Positions 60,101 to 64,000 of a stretch of 64,000 nucleotides of DNA are shown here, piece by piece (the stretch's first letter is position 1; each line of letters opens with the position of its first letter). The stretch comes from Penicillus capitatus (taxonomy: Eukaryota > Plantae > Chlorophyta). The translations under genes were made by a program, and so were the position numbers. The DNA lies in the NCBI GenBank assembly GCA_965649825.1, contig OZ287694.1, forward strand, positions 309,197 through 373,196. The letters are read 5' to 3'. Below the pieces are notes generated by a model. It had not been told where the DNA came from. It ran no database searches and worked only from the letters and a program-made list of their open reading frames with translations.

Positions 60101-60299
60101 CGTTTATACTACGGGCAAGGTTATCGACATACTGATCTATCCAGTCTCCGCCACCGCGGACGTTTTCCTGGATGCTTGTTAGGGTTTTATTCCGTAACCC
60201 TATTATTCCATCCTTCCAGCCAAACCATGAGCCGTGCGTGACGGCGGCAAAGTGTAGAAGAACCCACAACAGCATTGGGAGCACTCGCTCCGAAACCAT
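57123..60299 (-). CDS. gag: ORF1 of element 2: signal peptide, AAA+-like lumenal domain, acidic linker, Env-like/TM region, coiled coil, CA-CTD-like region, Zn knuckle, protease
   Basis: About 1058 aa from MVSERV (frame open from 60395 inside the LTR); MLLWVLLHFAAVTHG; CERCGQKGHSWKDC; LLDTGA. Confidence 0.9.
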   Translation of the reverse strand: MVSERVLPMLLWVLLHFAAVTHGSWFGWKDGIIGLRNKTLTSIQENVRGGGDWIDQYVDNLARSINDKVGNNFYDKATSTILYCTTSTCDSLVNGIKTEPSLQKSSCFKYIKPQSKSVDEARIIQREIAVFVKECPNGIIFYDASEGITYEEANMLIMLLGEGSLVYWGGKPLLATGMSFFLLIPGTHSQTWEQKTLLDASRQKVHDLVCEDTHAEEDRRTIAGSARALRRRFEFAIPVAEHEDVQNNTDLPLDTEPSAEAYELEYDEYEIPVELAEDLFDEEAPRSDPEESEESEESEESEDQWTEQELPPENVFNLHEMGNALPVEDEQSWYMIPDFRMGIDITWPEYVDAMITSAVVGLTTHGIINWATNRGVLSVFSPASLLTTATVSIINNFPSRKSSLVGEVRHVAETLDGITQFLNLTVNGSSTDSQGPETSQESHAKSSNVDWQHLNDTLSNIRETINKINEHTCNMKTALDDCICESQANGWGSSRGNDTFLDRSIKWLTGTRDNAVTWVLGTLWDKFGIKAIRSALATGNGWQLLGAAMLLYKVAAWILKVFRNIRKVVMQIVAVTQGIWWLLRIIWNLLRGHKDQARQLTQQLTTQQSPPSPPSQQSPPSPPSQQSPPSPPSQQSPPSPPSQQSPRRANQQNIVTEIHPDPLPEARRDTEQGGLIQSLMEGIQTMQEELMRRAEELEGRLVNRQGRLEESIGASFTSLGQRLEAVEGRTRIQQVSCEQHHPELSPDVRKATQRQQEEQKRQGKNATTPGTTRNHAPTRQNEKGPSMKDVHTLLPKRKENLSQFARRMSKLLELVQDPLKYATATERIFNIANAHIQSRLRGLPWGNAENWPRVQLIIDECLEQEQEQNSRGHARADGRKNMRQDVGHTCERCGQKGHSWKDCPTVTKTPKAPESRTVAQTNPVQRQESRRMLQYNVPLSMEDIAGKISCLLDTGAQTNVLPAKLARKHNLVLRSSKVRDVTSFNNKTTKTSGEISLLCTLGKQSAEIPFVVCEGVQRPILGMQALQAFKLQLNCEEDAVYDDKGNKILIHNVSVSKN
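58370..58470 (-). repeat. 27-bp coding tandem repeat (QQSPPSPPS) x ~4 in ORF1
   Basis: Directly visible; an (ESE)n repeat is also present at ~59395-59430. Confidence 0.9.
60286..60298 (-). promoter_or_regulatory. Primer-binding site of element 2
   Basis: TGGTTTCGGAGCG directly abutting the LTR terminal CA. Confidence 0.9.
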
Positions 60300-60602
60300 G
60301 TCGCGTAGGGTTTTAGATGGAAACAATTTAAACGGTGGGCGCACGTAAACCTTTGAAACGTAAAGTCTTACAAACGAAAGACAAGATCTGTACATCTACA
60401 ACGCTTTTATAGGGTACTTTATTTTAAGTAACAAAAAGGAATATTCTGCGAAGATTCCGGAATCTGCTTGGAATCTGTGACGTAGAGCCGCGGGTCTATT
60501 TGTGGATGGAAGCTATAGAGAACCTACGACCTGTCACTTGGAGATCGACACAAGTGTAAGTAGATGAGCGCATTATCGTGAGCGCTACGCCTTAACACGA
60601 CA
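60299..60602 (-). repeat. 5' LTR of element 2
   Basis: Direct repeat of 53817-54120. Confidence 0.95.
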
Positions 60603-62494
60603 ACGTCTGCGCACAGCACTGCGACGAGAATTCTGGTCCGCCCGTCTGCGTTCCGTTTTCCTGCGGCTAACTCCGCTTTGCGTCTGCAGAGTGCATTGCG
60701 TTTGTTTGGAGAAGGGATCATCGCCATTGCTGGCTCAAGAAGGAGCAGACTGAGCTGATCGACTGTCCGGCATGTGTCCTTGGATACAAACCAACGTAAC
60801 CTCGCTCATACGCTGTTCGGAGCTCTGGACCTCCTTCGTTTCCGTTTAGGTGAAACGGTGCGTTCTGGAAGTAACAGGTGACACCGGCACAAATGATGCC
60901 CTCTGTATACGTACGCGTCGCCTCTTCTGGTCGTGCTTCATCGCTTGTCTGTGAAAAAGCATCTTACTCTTTTCTTTCTTTCTGAACTCAAGTTTAGAGA
61001 TGGATCTCGATCCATCGAAGCGAATGACTTGAATTGTTTTTGTACCTGTCTGTAAGAGCTCGAACACCTGCAGCAGCTCGTATGAAACGGTAGAGGCAAT
61101 AGAAGCCACAAAGCAGATAAGAAACTCATTTGTCTGTAACGCATTTGTCATCATCGCGCATCATTATGTTTGACGCGCCCTATCGTATCGTGTTCTTCTT
61201 TAAGCGCGTTCCTGTCGTCTAGTCTTACTTCAACACGTCTCATTACAGAGGATCGTCATAAAGCAGGTCAACGGCGCGGGGTAGGTCGCAATAAGAGTTG
61301 CGACATTCTAAAAGGTATCTACGGGTTAGAAGATCTCTTGGTGAACTGCATCGATACAACTCGACAGGTAGTCTTGCTGGGTCTCTCTAAGTGGTCGATC
61401 TTTCAGGTATGTTAGACTCCACGGAGAAACATTCATTGTCTAAGCCACTCGCTATCAAGTCATCACCGTCTCAGGAGCCGGTATTCGGCTGACTCACCAT
61501 CGCATCACTTGACATCCGCTGACTCACCATCGCATCACCTCAACACACGGACGGGTATGCTTCTGCTTAAACCTTCACGGACTGTAAATGCGTAGCGACG
61601 AAAGGCGTTCTGTTGTCGTGTCGATACTCTGTACACTATCAAGATATCGCTCTGCTATTCGAATGAAAGAAAAGCTAGTCGTTTGATTGAGCGATAACAA
61701 GAAGCTTCGCGACATTGAGTTTTAAACCTGAATCCTGAACATGGTATATATACATAGACATATAGAGGTAGCTGCTGTACTCCATCACGAGACAATACTG
61801 TGTCGCCACATTTCTTATCGTCACCTTTAACATGACTCTCCACTTGATTCTTGAGGATGTCACGCTGCTGCGCGAGATTGTTTAAATCGTCCATTCTAGC
61901 AATCGCGCTACCTTGTCGCGAAAACGCGTCTGGTGTTCGCATTCCAGTCCAACTAAATCTTTTGAAACACTATCCGTGCAACTGCTCGAAGATTTCGATC
62001 GCTGAGGAGTTTCTGACCACGTACGTCTATGACGAAGTGCAGCACGTGACGGAGACAAGCGACTTGGCACGACGTCAAGGATGTGCATTGCCGTTCCACT
62101 GGCGCAAGCGGATGCGGATCAAGAGCAGCTGTGGCAGAATTCGGTTGTCTTCACTGATAGAAGACCTTGATTCGGTTTGTCGATGGCACGTCGTTTCGAA
62201 GACAGATCGATCGTTCTACTCTTGTGAAGCCGCCTAGTGCCTAGTACACAGATATCGGAGACTTTCAAGTAGAACTCTCGCGGCGAGACGCGCAGGATGC
62301 GATGTTTTCGTCGCGTTATCAATTCTAAACTGTACAGGGAACGAGCGTCGCTCACTCCGTACTAGTGCGAAACGCACGCTGTTCTTTGCAGCAGACAAAA
62401 CAAAGAAAAGTCACGTCGCAGTGTAGATGTGGAGCCCTGTCTTCGAGCTCAGCTTGGAAAATGATCATTCACCAGAGAATCCGACGCCATCTGT

Positions 62495-64000
62495 TTAGGT
62501 TTCGTCGGACAGATGTTGGGCAAATTCAGCTGTCGCAGGACTGAGTCTCGACTTAGCAATCAGGTGCTTGATCTCGTAGCGGATCCAGTGCACCAGGACG
62601 CGGAACGCGCCAGCCTCTGGCGCACAGTTTTCGCCCCGCTCTGTCAATCGGTGTCTCACGTACTCAGCTGCGAACTTGAGCATGTAGACTACGAAGACGA
62701 AAAAGGTGATGAGGTTCAGAGCGAGACATGTGTCCGTGAGCACTTCACGCGTGTGCTTGCCCATATCGTCCTCGTCTCTGAGGGCAATCGCTATCTGCAT
62801 CGTCACCAGCGATACGGACAGCGACGCCACTTCGAATCTATTGAGGTCCTGGAAGCCCTCTCGAAACGGCGCCGCCAGAATCTGCATCACGATGGCAAAC
62901 GTGAGCAAAAGCTCAATGCCGGTGGTCGGCATCACGCTGTTGCCGACACGGTCGTAAGCCACAAGAACGGCGATGACTGTCTTTCGGACAAAAACGGCGA
63001 CCTCCCAGTATCGACGGCGATCTACTCGGTAGCAGCGATAGAGGAATCCCGTCGTCTGGTATGCCCAGCTGCTCTTGTGGGCGAGGTGCTGCGGCGCACT
63101 TAGGAGGAAGAAGATGAAGAGCGCGAGCAGTCCGCCGTACACTGGACACACGAACGCAACAACCACTCTGTAGAGGAGTTTCGCGTGGTCGCCTTCGTAG
63201 CACCTCATGCCCGTGTCGACAGCCCAGTACATGTGAGTCGCGTTGACTTGTGCAAAGTCTACCGAGTCGTGCACATCGACGCAGAGGAATACGCTCAATG
63301 CGGTCTTCAGCACCGGCACGAGCGTGACATACCAGATGACCATCGCCGAAAGCACGGATCTCTTCGACAGGTAGCGGCGAAGACCATCGCTTCCAGATTT
63401 CACCGATTTGGCCGCCCAGAACACGATCCAGCAAAGAAACACGGAGCAGGGGACGATGCACACGCCGACGACGAGCGCCAGAGCCGTCGGATGCAAGGAC
63501 AGGTGTTTTGAGGTCAGACACACGACGGATCGTCGAATGCCATCAGACGCGAGACCTCCGAGCAATTCTGACAGCAGCAGAAACCAATGGTCGACAAGCA
63601 GAAACTCACGAAATTCTGGCCTCACCTGCCGCTTCTGCCATGACGATCACAGGAATCGCCCATCCCACGTCAATGGAAGCTAGAAGAACGGTCGTTTGGA
63701 CGTAGCCTAGAGTGATCTACGAGACAACGAGTTAAGTGAGAGATGAACAGATTGACTTGCACCTTGAGCATCTCGACGGCCTTCCACTTGGCCAAAGTTT
63801 TCTCGGAAGCAGGCACTTCGGCGGCTTGGACCTGCAGCGTACTCATTCAGGTCGATGCGCATGTGATATCGTTTCACACGCACTTCCGTCCCGAGGCGTA
63901 TCGATTCGATCTGTTCCGCCGATGTAGACGGTGCACTCTGCTCACGAATCTGCACGACGTCTCCACGCAAAGCGCCGACCGTGCCGTGAATCGTGATGCC
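62495..64000 (-). CDS. 3' exons of Pmp-like membrane protein, paralog 3 (continues beyond the window)
   Basis: Homologous to 35307-36810, with a divergent last ~170 aa. Confidence 0.85.

Larger units (their letters stand above)
53817..60602 (-). mobile_element. Ty3/gypsy-type LTR retrotransposon, element 2 (6786 bp, intact)
   Basis: Two 304-bp TG...CA LTRs with no visible differences, TSD ACGT (53813-53816 and 60603-60606), PBS, PPT AGAAGATAGGTGGG, and two long ORFs. The empty site is confirmed by the paralogous PAN gene. Confidence 0.97.
53197..60799 (+). pseudogene. Secreted two-PAN/Apple-domain gene, copy B, interrupted in a coding exon by LTR element 2
   Basis: Removing 53817-60606 restores ...GGDIAVGGPNFEGVQDPNVCAQHCDENS|ECIAFVWRRDHRHCWLKKE...YKPT*. 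Confidence 0.85.
46415..61760. repeat. Segmental duplication, block B (includes inserted LTR element 2; lacks the 1.6 kb present in block A)
   Basis: Collinear with 21300-31865. Confidence 0.9.

Noticed and set aside
60603-60607. Reading the element 2 TSD as 5 bp (AACGT)
   Set aside because: It would require dropping the terminal A that both LTRs share; 4-bp ACGT fits the TG...CA ends and matches the TRIM's 4-bp TSD.

Overview
Eukaryotic nuclear DNA with short (~45-70 nt) GT-AG introns. Gene content and a TGTAA signal in the LTRs suggest a green alga (ulvophyte-like); this is inference only. The window is a duplication-rich cluster of secreted and membrane-protein genes: three paralogous Pmp-like beta-helix/multi-TM genes, two copies of a catalytically dead tandem trypsin-like gene, two damaged copies of a two-PAN/Apple gene, one Ig-like/TRP-type membrane protein gene and several hypothetical multi-exon genes. 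It has been invaded by three LTR retroelements, all on the minus strand and all with the same primer-binding site (TGGTTTCGGAGCG). Two are intact Ty3/gypsy-type elements with apparently identical LTRs (5962-10488; 53817-60602) and one is a 716-bp TRIM (33166-33881). The most striking system is the ORF1 architecture of the two autonomous elements: signal peptide, then membrane segments, coiled coil, Zn knuckle and protease, joined to a dUTPase-like-RT-RNaseH-integrase ORF by an A AAA AAC -1 frameshift site. In the larger element the predicted lumenal part includes an AAA+-like (Torsin/LAP1-type) domain and an Env-like segment; the smaller element seems to lack a capsid domain altogether. All domain calls are by eye; no database search was run.
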